A DNA stretch of 64,000 nucleotides from Macrostomum hystrix (Eukaryota; Animalia; Platyhelminthes), in the NCBI GenBank assembly GCA_950097015.1, contig CATNEN010000007.1, forward strand, positions 2,046,001 through 2,110,000, written 5' to 3'. How positions within the stretch are numbered: the stretch's first letter is position 1; each line of letters opens with the position of its first letter. Below, piece after piece: positions 1 through 15,200 of the stretch. The position numbers and the translations under genes are program-made. Under the pieces are notes generated by a model. That model was not told where the DNA came from. It saw only the letters and a list, made by a program, of their open reading frames with translations, and made no database searches.

Positions 1-105
1 TTAGAGTTTATTGTAGAATGTACATTAGGGGTTAGAGTTTATTGTAGAATGTACATTAGGGGTTAGAGTTTATTGTAGAATGTACATTAGGGGTTAGAGT
101 TGGTT
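1..105. repeat. 31-bp tandem repeat (window edge)
   Basis: TTAGAGTTTATTGTAGAATGTACATTAGGGG, about 3 copies. Confidence 0.9.
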
Positions 106-299
106 AGGCAATGAACATTGAAGGATCGCTTTGATCTACAGGGGCATGTGGACTTGGGTGTAGATTTGGCTATAGGATGTAAACTAGAGGATAGGTTCTG
201 AATAAACTATTGATTAAGGACCACCGAGTTAGTTTACAATTAGCGGTCTAGGACGGTGTTACAAGAAACTGAAAAGCATACAACATGAAAGCGTACGGG

Positions 300-3200
300 T
301 TACAATACAATAGTACAGGTCTAGGAAAAAAATGAACAAAAAGGAAACCACACGGATTACCAAAATATTAACATTCGGCGAGCAGCAGAAGAGCGAAACG
401 CAATCTGCACAGATTAACACCCAATTACCTTCAAACAGGTGGCGCAACTGTTTGCCTTTGTTCTCAAGGGCGGCTACAGTGCGCAAATAATAAACATGCG
501 AATTGTGAACCAAGTTATTTCTTCCATGATCAGTTTGTTGAAGATGATGATTTTTGTTAAGTTTGTCTGCCCGAGCAGACGGTTCCTGGCCAGCTAGCAA
601 GGAAACTAAGTCACCTGACCGACGCAATAGCCTTGTCAGTGTGTGCAGCTCTGCGTTATTATAGTCATTCGTGCATGATCGATTTGTTCATTTTGACGGT
701 AAAATCTGGCTAGAATGTAAAAAATTCTATTCTACTGACAGTAGGATGCTAAGGATGTAAATATAAACAATCAAAACTTTTCTAACCCTTTTTAAGCTCA
801 ATGAACCCCAGCACTAGCGAATTAAGTGGCTTCCATTAAGTTATCAGATTCGAACTCTCGACTGCTTTGATCAGAATTCCGAAGCACTAACCACTGGGCT
901 ACAAGCTCCCCCATTGACTTTACAAATGTCCAATATAAAAAATTATCCCTATGCTTTACTAAGAAGGATTCAAAAATACAAGCATTATAACAAGGCGCAA
1001 ACGATAAATATGATTTAGAAATCGAGCTTAGCGACGTCTCACTCACTAGTTTGTCGAATCTCTTCATAGCAGGCCAATACCATTTCTTCCAGAACTTTCT
1101 GACGAATCCACGAGGCCGGTCGAATCAGTTCGAAATTGTCGCCGATTTCTCGCAGGCAGGCGAACACCTGGGATAGGCAAGCATTCGGTGTGTATGTGTG
1201 AGATGGTAGATATGGTATACAATAGGGGTAGAGATGAGTTGGCCATGTACATTAGGGGTAGGGATTGTTCGGCGGTGTACATTAGGGTAAGATATTATTT
1301 AGCAATGTACATTAGGGGTTGGGATTGTTCGGCGGTGTACATTAGGGTAAGATATTATTTAGCAATGTACATTAGGGGTTGGGATTGTTCGGCGGTGTAC
1401 ATTAGGGTAAGATATTATTTAGTAATGTACATTAGGGGTAGGGATTGTTCGGCGGTGTACATTAGGGTAAGATATTATTTAGCAATGTACATTAGGGGTA
1501 GGGATTGTTCGGCGGTGTACATTAGGGGCTGGGATGATTTGGCAACGGACATTTGCCACATTTTTTCAATGACTATTGGGATGACTATTTGAGAGATTGA
1601 TTTAGGGAGGGATTAATTGGATTTAGGCATGTATAGAGCTTAGAGCATAGGGATTAAGGGTTTAGGTCAAGGTAAACTTAGGGCAGTGATTGCTTGGTAG
1701 TTCAAGGTGGGCAAACCTGAATTCGCTCCAACCAAGCGGCATCGTCGCTGCCACGCACTCCACGCCACAGCAGAATATGGGTCACAACCAGCAGACTCTT
1801 GGCGAACTCCTCCTGCTCCAAAGCTGCAGCGGCGGAAGCAGATTGTGAAAAATCGAATTTGGAATTCTCCACAGTAAGAACGTCGTTAACGTCGCTAATG
1901 ACGGAGGGTGTCAATGTGGCAGCAGCATCAACAGCAGCAGGATCGCCAGCATCCCGCTCATCAAATGCCTGAGATTCGCCTTCATCATTCTCGTTGCTAG
2001 GCAGTGAAATTCGAAATGGCGTCGGAGTTGTCGGCGGCGAATCAGCGGCGATCCGACTGGCCGGCAGGCAGCTGATCTGCTGCATCGTCTCACTGCTGGC
2101 TAGCCGCAGCAGGAGCTGATCGCCTGCTGGCGGCGCGGCGACCCACAATTTGACGACGAGTTTCTGCCAGCCGGGCTCGCCGGAGGTCAATGATTCGGCC
2201 GCTTCCGGTGAGGCAACCAGTAGGTTGAGCAGGCCGCGAACTGCTCGCAGCTTCAATGGCAGGCCGGCGTAGGTCAGGTAGGTTAGCAATTCCATGAAGC
2301 CGGTGCGATCTACGCCGTTTGGCGCGGCTTCTAGCACGTCGATGACAGCGCCACCGATGGCATCGACGCCCTCGGTAGAGTGCGACGGCACGTCTAGTTG
2401 CCAGGCGGTGAGCAGGCCGGCAAAACCGACGCCCTGCAGGAACAGCGGCGCCTTGTACTTGGCGTCCATCTTGTCCGATCGGATCAGGTTGAGCAGAAAC
2501 TGCAAAGCGAAAGGACAGGGAAGGGGCGGATGGGTTGTGGCCATAGACAGTATAAATTATAACCAATTTTTGACCACTTCCGAGTTCAGCATAACAGAGC
2601 ACATTCGAGCACACAGATCCCATATGAAGTTCTACCATAGCGACCTTTTGAACATACTGACCTAAGTTTAATTTTATAATAGACCGATTTTGAGCACACG
2701 ATCTCACCTGGAATTTTAGCTACCATAGGCAGTTTTTGAGCACACATATCACACGTGAAATACTACCATAGACAGTTTTTAAGCACACAGAATTCACGTG
2801 TGCTCAATACTAGAATAGAAAGCTTTCGTGCAAACATATTTATTTGGGGTTTCTATCGTAGGTAGTTGTTAAGCTTATTAATTGGGGATTTTATCGCACG
2901 CAGCTATTGAAATTGCGCACCTGAAAGATAACAGCCTTGCTAGCCAATGACACCTCACTGCTGGCAATCATATAGTACAGGCTGGGTCCCAGTGGCTTCT
3001 CATAGATGAGCAGCACCAGCTGGCTAGACTTGGTAGCGTGTTCCATCAGTTCAGTTAGCATCTGTAGGGTCTCGCTTATCTGTAGTTAAAGGAAAAAATG
3101 AAAAGCATATTCATATAATTTAATACGAATTTGACAATTATTTAAAAGTACAAACAACAAAATGCATTTACCAGGGTATCGTTGGCTGCCGTGTACAAAG

Positions 3201-6200
3201 AGCGGAACACAGTTTGCAGCTCATCGAAATTCGGCGAATGCCCCATGTAGATGCGAATCACCGTGAACAGGCCGCGCCGCAACTCGCTCGCCTGATCCGA
3301 GCTGAAGGGATCGGCGCGGTTGCCAGGCCTGAGTAGGGAATTGGGAAATTGGGAAGGGGATGCGAATATCGTTGGAATCGGATTATTTCGCCCAGCTTTG
3401 AAATCAGTGATTATTTTTTTGATACAAAGCTGCAAATGGAAATTAAGCGATAATCTTATGTATGACCCTAACATAGGGAGCATTTTTTCCTTTTGTAAAG
3501 ATAGAGAGAATTATCGATTAAAACTATGGGATTTATTATTTATACTACTGACTAATTATGTATTATGAGCGTAATAGTACGGAATGATTATCGTGTTATT
3601 AAGATTTAAGATGCTTATGAGGGGGACAATTATCGATTAGGTCAATCAAGGATCAAGGATGGGGATAATAATCGACATAATTCCTCTCAAGGACGGGGAT
3701 AATAATCGACATAATTCCTCTCAAGGATGGGGATAATAATCGACATAATTCCTCTCAAGGACGGGGATAATAATCGACATAATTCCTCTCAAGGACGGGG
3801 ATAATTATCGACATAATTCCTCTCAAGGACGGGGATAATTATCGACATAATTCCTCTCAAGGATGGGGATAATAATCGACATAATTCCTCTCAAGGACGG
3901 GGATAATAATCGACATAATTCCTCTCAAGGACGGGGATAATTATCGACATAATTCCTCTCAAGGACGGGGATAATTATCGACATAATTCCTCTCAAGGAC
4001 GGGGATAATTATCGACATAATTCCTCTCAAGGACGGGGATAATTATCGACATAATTCCTCTCAAGGACGGGGATAATTATCGACATAATTCCTCTCAAGG
4101 ACGGGGATAATTATCGACATAATTCCTCTCAAGGACGGGGATAATTATCAATATAATTCCTCTCAAGGACGGGGATGATTATTGATAAAGTCTCTCAAGG
4201 ACGGGGATAATTATTGATAAAGTCTCTCAAGGATGGGGATAATTATTGATAAAGACTCTCAAGGATGGGGATAATTATTGATAAAGTCTCTCAAGGATGG
4301 GGATAATTATTGATAAAGACTCACAAGGATGGGGATAATTATTGATAAAGACTCTCAAGGATGGGGATAATTATTGATAAAGACTCTCAAGGATGGGGAT
4401 AATTATTGATAAAGTATCTCAAGGACGGGGATAATTATTGATAAAGTATCTCAAGGATGGGGATAATTATTGATAAAGACTCTCAAGGATGGGGATAATT
4501 ATTGATAAAGACTCTCAAGGATGGGGATAATTATTGATAAAGACTCACAAGGATGGGGATAATTATTGATAAAGTCTCTCAAGGATGGGGATAATTATTG
4601 ATAAAGTCTCTCAAGGATGGGGATAATTATTGATAAAGACTCACAAGGATGGGGATAATTATTGATAAAGACTCTCAAGGATGGGGATAATTATTGATAA
4701 AGACTCTCAAGGATGGGGATAATTATTGATAAAGTCTCTCAAGGATGGGGATAATTATTGATAAAGTCTCTCAAGGACGGGGATAATTATTGATAAAGTC
4801 TCCCAAGGACGGGGATAATTATTGATAAAGTCTCTCAAGGACGGGGATAATTATTGATAAAGTCTCTCAAGGACGGGGATAATTATTGATAAAGTCTCCC
4901 AAGGACGGGGATAATTATTGATAAAGTCTCTCAAGGATGGGGATAATTATTGATAAAGTCTCTCAAGGATGGGGATAATTATTGATAAAGTCTCTCAAGG
5001 ATGGGGATAATTATTGATAAAGTCTCTCAAGGATGGGGATAATTATTGATAAAGACTCACAAGGATGGGGAGAATTACTGATTTAATTTCTGTCAAAGAT
5101 GAGATAATTATAGATTTATTTCTTCTCTCATGGGATAGGGATAATTATCAGTTAATTCTCTCATGGGATAGGGATAATTATCAGTTAATTCTCTCATGGG
5201 ATAGGGATAATTATCAGTTAATTCTCTCATGGGATAGGGATAATTATCAGTTAATTCTCTCATGGGATAGGGATAATTATCAGTTAATTCTCTCATGGGA
5301 TAGGGATAATTATCAGTTGATAAATTTTTTGAGATTAAGATTTTATTACCGAACCATAAGGGAATATGTCCAAGATGTCCAATGTCCAAGAACGGTTGCA
5401 ATTCTCCCCAATAAGCATAGGAATATGCCACGAATATACTCAGTAAGAAGTCATAAATTGTAGCAGCAGCGAATAAACGAATATTAGCAATACAATCCAT
5501 GAAAATTGGGCTAACAAGACTAATTACATTTATAACGGTAAAGTGCATCTGCACTATAGCCACGGGTACTGCTGCTGCTGCTGCTGCTGCTGCTGCGTGA
5601 AACACGAGTTTCATATGCTACATAACACACGCACACACACGTATGCATTAGACAGGTATTTACAATAATGGTATTTAATAAGAATTCACATTCATTGAAA
5701 AAAGTTAATGCTGTTTTCATTAGCAAAAAAACTGCATGGAAGATTCAATACAAATTCAAAATTCAATACAATTCCTACTGATGTTAACACATCTGTCTAT
5801 CCCCTATCCCTGTCCATCCCCATCCCTGTCTATCCCATATCCCTGTCTATTCCCTATCCCTGTCTATCCCCTATCCCTGTCTATCCCCTATCCCTGTCTA
5901 TCCCCCCATCTCTGTCTATCCCCTATCCCTGTCGATCCCGCATCCCTGTCTATCCCCTATCCCTGTCTATCCCCCATCCCTGTCTATCCCCCATCCCTGT
6001 CTATCCCCCATCCCTGTCTATCCCCTATCCCTGTCGATCCCCCATCCCTGTCTATCCCCTATCCCTGTCTATCCCCCATCCCTGTCTATTCCCTATCCCT
6101 GTCTATCCCCCATCCCTGTCTATCCCCTATCCCTGTCTATCCCTCATCCCTGTCTATTCCCTATCCCTGTCTATCCCCTATCCCTGTCTATTCCCCATCC

Positions 6201-9200
6201 CTGTCTATTCCCTATCCCTGTCTATTCCCTATCCCTGTCTATTCCCTATCCCTGTCTATTCCCTATCCCTGTCTATACCCCATCCCTGTCTATCCCCCAT
6301 CCCTGTCTATTCCCTATCCCTGTCTATCCCTCATCCCTGTCTATTCCCTATCCCTGTCTATCCCCTATCCCTGTCTATTCCCCATCCCTGTCTATTCCCT
6401 ATCCCTGTCTATTCCCTATCCCTGTCTATTCCCTATCCCTGTCTATTCCCTATCCCTGTCTATACCCCATCCCTGTCTATCCCCCATCCCTGTCTATTCC
6501 CTATCCCTGCCTATCCCCCATCCCTGTCTATGCCCCATCCCTGTCTATGCCCTATCCCTGTCTATCCCCTATCCCTGTCTATCCCCTATCCCTGTCTATC
6601 CCCCATCCCTGTCTATCCCCTATCCCTGTCGATCCCGCATCCCTGTCTATCCCCTATCCCTGTCTATCCCCCATCCCTGTCTATTCCCTATCCCTGTCTA
6701 TCCCCCATCCCTGTCTATCCCCCATCCCTGTCTATCCCCTATCCCTGTCTATCCCTCATCCCTGTCTATTCCCTATCCCTGTCTATCCCCTATCCCTGTC
6801 TATTCCCCATCCCTGTCTATTCCCTATCCCTGTCTATTCCCTATCCCTGTCTATTCCCTATCCCTGTCTATTCCCTATCCCTGTCTATACCCCATCCCTG
6901 TCTATCCCCCATCCCTGTCTATTCCCTATCCCTGTCTATTCCCTATCCCTGTCTATTCCCTATCCCTGTCTATTCCCTATCCCTGTCTATTCCCTATCCC
7001 TGCCTATCCCCCATCCCTGTCTATCCCCCATCCCTGTCTATCCCCCATCCCTGTCTATCCCCCATCCCTGTCTATCCCCTATCCCTGTCTATCCCTCATC
7101 CCTGTCTATTCCCTATCCCTGTCTATCCCCTATCCCTGTCTATTCCCCATCCCTGTCTATTCCCTATCCCTGTCTATTCCCTATCCCTGTCTATTCCCTA
7201 TCCCTGTCTATACCCCATCCCTGTCTATCCCCCATCCCTGTCTATTCCCTATCCCTGTCTATTCCCTATCCCTGTCTATTCCCTATCCCTGTCTATTCCC
7301 TATCCCTGTCTATTCCCTATCCCTGCCTATCCCCCATCCCTGTCTATCCACCATCCCTGTCTATCCCCCATCCCTGTCTATCCCCTATCCCTGTCTATCC
7401 CTCATCCCTGTCTATTCCCTATCCCTGTCTATCCCCTATCCCTGTCTATTCCCCATCCCTGTCTATTCCCTATCCCTGTCTATTCCCTATCCCTGTCTAT
7501 ACCCCATCCCTGTCCATCCCCCATCCCTGTCTATTCCCTATCCCTGTCTATTCCCTATCCCTGTCTATCCCCTATCCCTGTCTATTCCCCATCCCTGTCT
7601 ATTCCCTATCCCTGTCTATTCCCAATCCCTGTCTATTCCCTATCCCTGTCTATTCCCTATCCCTGTCTATTCCCTATCCCTGCCTATCCCCCATCCCTGT
7701 CTATGCCCCATCCCTGTCTATGCCCCATCCCTGTCTATTCCCTATCCCTGTCTATTCCCCATCCCTGTCTATCCCCCATCCCTGTCTATTCCCTATCCCT
7801 GTCTATCCCCTATCCCTGTCTATACCCCATCCCTGTCTATCCCCCATCCCTGTCTATTCCCTATCCCTGTCAATTTCCCTATCCCTGTCAATCCCCTATC
7901 CCTGTCTATTCCCCATCCCTGTCTATTCCCTATCCCTGTCTATTCCCTATCCCTGTCTATTCCCTATCCCTGTCTATTCCCTATCCCTGTCTATTCCCTA
8001 TCCCTGCCTATCCCCCATCCCTGTCTATGCCCCATCCCTGTCTATGCCCCATCCCTGTCTATTCCCAATCCCTGTCTATTCCCCATCCCTGTCTATCCCC
8101 CATCCCTGTCTATTCCCTATCCCTGTCTATCCCCTATCCCTGTCTATTCCCTATCCCTGTCTATTCCCTATCCCTGTCTATCCCCCATCCCTGTCTATTC
8201 CCTATCCCTGTCTATCCCCTATCCCTGTCTATCCCCTATCCCTGTCTATTCCCTATCCCTGTCTATCCCCTATCCCTGTCTATTCCCTATCCCTGTCTAT
8301 CCCCTATCCCTGTCTATCCCCTATCCCTGTCTATTCCCTATCCCTGTCTATCCCCTATCCCTGTCTATTCCCTATCCCTGTCTATTCCCTATCCCTGTCT
8401 ATCCCCTATCCCTGTCTATCCCCTATCCCTGTCTATGCCCTATACCTGTCTATCCCCTATACCTGTCTATCCCCTATCCCTGTCTATTCTCCATCCCTGT
8501 CTATCCCCTATCCCTTTCTATCCCCTATCCCTGTCTATCCCCTCTCCCTGTCTATTGGCCACCATGTAAATCTTATCTCCTTGCCAATCCCATCCATGTG
8601 TAAGCCTCCCAGCCAACTATTTCGCAGAATAAATGTTTTGAGTGCAAAAATATCCAGCACAACATTCCAGGCTAGGAACTCACATGCAATGCGTCCTAAT
8701 AGCGTCCAATATGTAGCGCACACCGAAGTTGGTGCGAAAATAGCGCCTGCGAGTGTGCACCAGTTTAGTGATCAGCTGAACGTGACCTAATTGGCGGCGT
8801 TAAGGTGAGACACAGTTGTGGGTTAAATCAGACCTTTTTGCAATTTATTATGAGAATACTTAGCAAAATATGCAAATATATTATTGCGCTAAAACACTCG
8901 AAAACTGATGCTTGAGTTATTTAGAAATGTAGTTTTATTATTTTTCTCTAAATGCCGTCGTGCAGATTTTTCCCCCAAGAAATGAAGATTAAATAAGGAA
9001 TTCCGCTTTCTCTTTTAAATATAAAAACACGCTGTTCTAAGAATCCATTTTTGTACAACTAAGCTATAGATCTTAGTAGTAGAATTCTAAACATAATATT
9101 CGTTACTAAAAACAAGCAGATTTAAGGAAATTATTAACAGGTTATTCACGTTTAGAAACTTAACTAAAATTCCATAAAAAGGAATCTTGTTTCTAAGAAA

Positions 9201-12200
9201 GCAATATAAAATGCGCTTGCTTTCCAAGATAGATGGAATAGAGATAAAACCTAACACACTTGCGCCAGATCTACAGCAAATGGGCAGCGATTTCAAAAAC
9301 TGTGTACATCTGTTCAGTCCATGGACTGGGGGTGGGACCCAACAATTAAATTTCTGAGTGACGGGTGCAAACAATGGCACACCATTTGGTGACAATAGAC
9401 CCGCAGCCAGCAAGGAGGCAATTCTGGCCATTTCGCTGACTCCTGAGCACACACGCACACAGATACCGCACGCAGACATACGCTCACATAGGTGTGTACA
9501 TCTGCACTGACTTTCTCATCGTCAGGCAGTGTACACTCTCACTGTGTACTTTGAGGTTGGCCCTCAAGAGCGTAAATTGCACGCGACAAGCCCCCAAGCT
9601 CACAAATTCACAAATAAATGTGGCCTCGCCGCGGAATCTAGCTCAGGGACCTTGGTGTCTGGCATCGCCCTACCAAGATAAGGACAAAAATGGTTTCCCT
9701 TTGGGCTGAGATTCGAACTTGCGACCTCCCGGTCATGAAATCTATTCAAGCCTCCAAACCCCAGCAAAGCGTCACTCACTGCAGCGGACTTTGTAACTAG
9801 CGCAGCTCCACAATCTGAAGTCCATCAGCAGGTGCTGGCAGACTTTGTCGCGCAGCTCTTCGTCAATCCTGGGCGACTCGCACAGCATCTCCAGCTCGCG
9901 CAGGAAGAATGCGTCGATGAGATGCGCCGGCACGCGCTGGGCCAGCGCCGAGACCATCGGCAGCAGCTGGGACCGGAGCGCCTGCAGCTGGTTCCAAGCC
10001 GAGGTCTCCAACAAGATGCGCATGAGGGCCAGGAATGCGGCTAGCGAGCTCTGCTCCAGCACCGCCAGCTCGGGCTCGCGGCCGGACAGCAGGACGAAGC
10101 CGTCGTCGACATCGGCGTCGGGTGGCGCGGATGGCGGCATCGGGGTGGATGGACCAGACGATGCTCTGACTGCACAGTGTGCAGGGCAATGGTTGAGTAA
10201 CAATGAACTATGGTGACTCTATTGCGGAGGGCCTTGAAACCCTGACCCGCTTTCACTACATGCAATAAATTGTGATAATTATCGATTAAATCACAACGGA
10301 TGGGGATAATTGGCGGTTTTATCACTTCGGCATTGGGATCATTGCTAAATTAACAAAACATTTAAAGCCCCAGAGAAATAGAATAAAAAATAAGGAGAAA
10401 CTTAGGAAATATTCCTCAAATAGGTACCCTGTATAATGTTCATCCCAGTCCCAGTTGATCTGTCTGAGGAGCCTACCTCGACAGGACTCGTACTGATGCA
10501 CCCGCTCCAGCATCGGCAGCAGCACGGTGGGGCCGCCCAGCTGGTGCACCGTGGCAGCCAGCGGGCACGCGGATGTCACCCGAGCAGTGATGCCGCCAAC
10601 GCTGAGACCCTGGCCGGTGACGTCCAGGCATTCGTGACCGTGACAGGCCCTGGCGTGGAGGCACAGAATGACGCGGCCGCTATTGACAGCGGGATCCCCG
10701 ATGCCAGACGTGGCAGCGGCTGCGGCGGCTGCGGCGGCCACAGCGGCTGACGAAGCCAGAGCCAGCGAAGAGGCGGCGGCTGAGGCAACCATAGCCGAGG
10801 CTGACGATGTCGACACTGACGTCGACGCGGACGAGACGGGAGCCGACGCAGCCGAATTCGACGTGTCGGAGGTGAGCACCGCGGCCGAGGGAACCGAAGC
10901 GGACGCGGCATACTCCGGACCGCGACGGTACAGTTCGGCGATAATGCCGGGGCTCAGCGGCTCGGCGAATGCTTCGCAGAGGGCCAGCTGGCCGGAGAGT
11001 GACGACGGGCTGCCCCAGGCCGAGTCCTGGCTGCCCAGCGCTACTGTGGAGCAGTTGCCGGCGCCTCCGCCACCGCCACCACTGCGACCCGAGGGACTGA
11101 GGCTGGCAAAGAAGGCCCGGCCGAAACCCAGCGAGCGCTGCGAATTTCTGGAAGGAGGCAATTTTTGGAATAGAATTGAGTTGCTAATTAAGTAGCTAAC
11201 TGAGTAGCCAATTATGTTGCTGAGTAAATAACTGAGTAGCTGAGTAAATAACTGAGTAGCTGAGTAAATAACTGAGTAGCTGAGTAAATAACTGAGTAGC
11301 TGAGTAAATAACTAAGTGGCTGGGTAGATAACTGAGTAGATGAGTATATAATTGAGTAGCTGAGTAGAAAACCCATAGAATATCTTAATTGAGAAGCCAA
11401 TCTGACCTGATTACTATGTGGAGTAGCTAACATCTTATATATAAAAATGATGTTCTGATTTAACTTCTGATCATCAATGCTTTCGCTGGACACCGTTTTA
11501 CATTCTTTCGAGGCTAAAAATCTAATTATCAGCATCACCCTTAATCCTCACTTAGTAATCCCGATAGAATCCTCCGAGGTTCGCGTCCCATTGCCAATGT
11601 GGGCCAATTTGCACGGATCATTCAACTGAGGATAGCGCATCTCGCCCTGATGCAACTGCCGGCCGTCCACGTAAACAGATAGGCTGGACTTGCCAAGCAG
11701 ACCTTTGCCCTTGGCGTGAACAATGTCCAGCATGTGCCAGCGATTGTCGACGAAACGATCGAAGTCAGACAGGATCACGTAGCTGTACTCGCCTGAAATT
11801 TGAACAGTAGAAAGCTCATTTGATATAAAAGCTGACATGAGAAAAGAAAACCTCCCAATCCATTCGAACTAGCAGTTTAGGAATAGAAAATAAAAACACC
11901 CACGCCACTATGCCTAGTTCTGGGGGACGAACAAACACCCACCCCACTCCCCTAGCAGTTAGGGACGAATAATAAAACCCACCCCACTCCGCCTAGAAGT
12001 GAGGGACGGAAAATAAAACAACCACCCCACTCCACGAATTAGACTATAACAGAAGGAACATCCATTCCACTCCGCCTAGCAGTGGGGGACGGAAAATAAA
12101 ACAACCACCCCACTCCACGAATTAGACTTGAACAGAAGGAACATCCATTCCACTCCGCCTAGCAGTGGGGGACGGAAAATAAAACAACCACCTCATTCAA

Positions 12201-15200
12201 TCAATTTATCAGTGAGTTGAAAAATTCAAACCCCAGTCCGCTTAGCAACACGAAAAAGGCTTTAGCGCACCTTGAGAACAGCTGGCCACTCCAAGCGCCT
12301 GCTGTTGCGTAACAAACGCTTCAAATCCGTTACCGCTAGTGGTTAAAAATCGATACAGTTGTCGCCGAATAAACTGTCCGACAGTCTCCTCAGTGGACAG
12401 GCTGTACAGACACAGCCAACAGTGAAATGTGAAACAGCCGGCGTTGAGCCGAATCCTATCCGGCGGCAGCATTATGAAATCGTCCCGACCGCGACCGCCG
12501 ATTTCAAACCAACGCGTTGGCCGTCGGTCCATGTCCTGGCCTCGCGACACATCAGCCAGGCATTGCATAGCTTCTCTGGCGCATGGATACAGGCGAGGTT
12601 CCTGGAAAGTGTTTCATAATTTACGCTGTCTTAAGAATTTATGATAGGAAAAATTAGCCTAGATATAGGAAGTATGTCAGGAATTTCATTGAGTGCCAGA
12701 AAAGTCTCTGGAATGTCCGAAACGTTTCTGGAATGTCAGAGAAGTCCCTGGAATGTAAGAGAAGTCCCTGGAATGTCAGGGAAGTGCCTGGAATATCAGG
12801 GAAGTTTCAGGAATGTCAGAGAAGTCCCTGAAATGTCAGAGAAGTATCTGGAATGTCAGAAAGTTTCTGGAATGTCATAGAAGTTTCTGGAATGTCATAG
12901 AAGTTCCTGGAATGTCAGAGAAGTTCCTGGAATGTCAGAGAAGTTCCCGGAATGTCAGAGAAGTATCTGGAATGTCATAGAAGTTCCTGGAATGTCAGAG
13001 AAGTCCCTGGAATGTAAGAGAAGTCCCTGGAATGTCAGAGAAGTTTCTGGAATGTTAGAAAAGTTCCCTGCGTGTCAGAGAAGTATCTGAAGTGTCAAAA
13101 AAGTTCCTAAAATGCGTAAAATTTCCCCAAAACGCCAGCTAAGCACAACAGACCTGAAAGAAATCCAAAAGAGACAGCAGCTGCCGAGAGCTCATGGAGT
13201 GACTAGCCAGTTGAGTCAGCAGGCTAAACAATTTCCTCAGTAGGTCCAGCCTGATGTTTGCCTCAATTTCACCGTCGACCTCGGCCTCGGCAACCAGCCT
13301 CAGGCCGGCGATGACTCTGGTGAGCACACCCCTGGCGCTGCATTCGCTGACATTGTGACGCGTGCAGGCCAGCAGGCCGGCGAGCTGATCGGCTAGTCCG
13401 GAGCAGTCGGGCTGGCGCCACCGACGGCAGGCCAGGTCGACCAGGATGCCGATCACGTGACCGTCGCGAATCCGGTGAATGCGATTCGGGTCGTACGGCT
13501 CGCCCAGAGCCCACGCGAATAGCCGATTTTGAAGCTCGCTCATCGGTAAATCGATTTCCGCCTCTGCCGCCGATGCGTTTGACTTTTCGGCTGCGGTTAA
13601 ACTGTCGCTGACTAGAGTGTAGCAGTCGGATTCCGCGAATTGGGTGGCGATGGCTCCTTCCGAGTAGGTGATGCTTGATAGAATGCAAAATATCTGTTCC
13701 ATACTGTCGGCAGGGTTCTGCAGAGATAATAGAATCACACCTTACTCCATTTTTTCTGCGAAGATTGAATTTGAAACCACAACCTACTCGGCGATCATTT
13801 AGAGAAGGGAACTTCTAACATCCACCTCATTCCGGCTTTTATTGCGGGACGGAATATCTAAACCCCACACCGCTCTGCCTTTTATTGGTAGGACAAATTT
13901 TCCAACCCCAACCCCACTCGACATTCTATCAGGGAGTGAATTTCTGACACCCACCTCATTCCGCGTTTTATCGGGGGACGGAATATCTGACCCCCACCCC
14001 GCTCCGCCTACTATTGGTGGGACAGATTTTCCATCCCCAACCCTACCCCATATTTTATTAGAAAAGGGAATTTCGAACCCCACCCGCTTTGTCTTCAATT
14101 GGTGGGACAGATTTTCCAAACCCACTCCACATTCATTAGATGAAGTGAATTTCTAACACCCACCTCATTCCGGCTTTAATCGGCAGACGGAATATCTGAC
14201 CCCACACCGCTCTGCCTTTTATTGGTGGGACAGATTTTCCAACCCCAACCTCACTGCAAATTTTATTAAGGGAAGGGAACATCTGATTCCCAAACCATTC
14301 CGGCTATTATCGGGGGGACGGAATTTATAATGGTCAATATTGAACTTTACAAACAAAAATTGATATACTCACAGCAAGCAGTGTATTGCACAGGGCATTA
14401 ACAATGCCATTCTTGATAAGGCACACAAATAACTCTTCTGATATTTTGGCTAAGTACTCCAGGCAGTCTGAAAATGCAACAATTTCTAAATAAAACAGCA
14501 CAGCTCCAACAAATGTAAATTAATCACATAATCGACAACTTACGCAACTCGGCAGACGACAAGCTGGGCTTTGAGGTGATGAGCTTAACGTAGTTTGGAA
14601 CAACGCTTTCAAGCTCCACTTGACGCTGGAAAATAACATTAGCGATTTTTCACATTCAACTAATTATACTCGAACTCAAAGTATGCTCAAATGAAGTATT
14701 ACAAACGCCTCGCACCTGGTATTTTGGCAGGCCGCCTAGTATTTCTAGAATGCAAGTTAGAGCTAGGGCGAACCATTGGGAATGATCCGAGATTTTCCAT
14801 AGCGCCTCCAGTGTAGCCGGCGTTATTAGATAAAGGGCATTGTTCTACAAAACAATGGGATCATCACAGCGTGTACTAATAGCTTAGTGCATTATTCACT
14901 GAAGCTATTTAATTACCTGCGAGCCGCAAACAAACGAGCAGAAGAGGCTGAGCAAGCGGTCTCTGATCTCTTTCGGCACTGATTTATCGTAAGTCGTGAA
15001 TGTTTCTAAAAATAGCCAAGCCGTTTTTGGTTGAGAACTTGTGATACTCTTTGAACTAGATAATCAATAGACCCATCATTCGCGACGACAACTCATAATC
15101 CTATCCCACTCAAGGAAAATCTACAATAGAATCAATTCTAACATTCTAACGAAAACCGCTAATCGATAAACCCACCAACTAGAATCGATAATCCCACTAA

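Noticed and set aside
5108-5726. Possible extra NBEAL exon around the (CTG)n tract
   Set aside because: The flanking exons already join in phase and are collinear with NBEAL, so there is no missing homologous segment.
5708-8790. Three overlapping 747-955-aa Pro/Ser-rich ORFs
   Set aside because: All three frames are open only because the 17-bp unit lacks stops on this strand. They lie antisense within an NBEAL intron whose flanking exons (8684 and 3330) join in phase.
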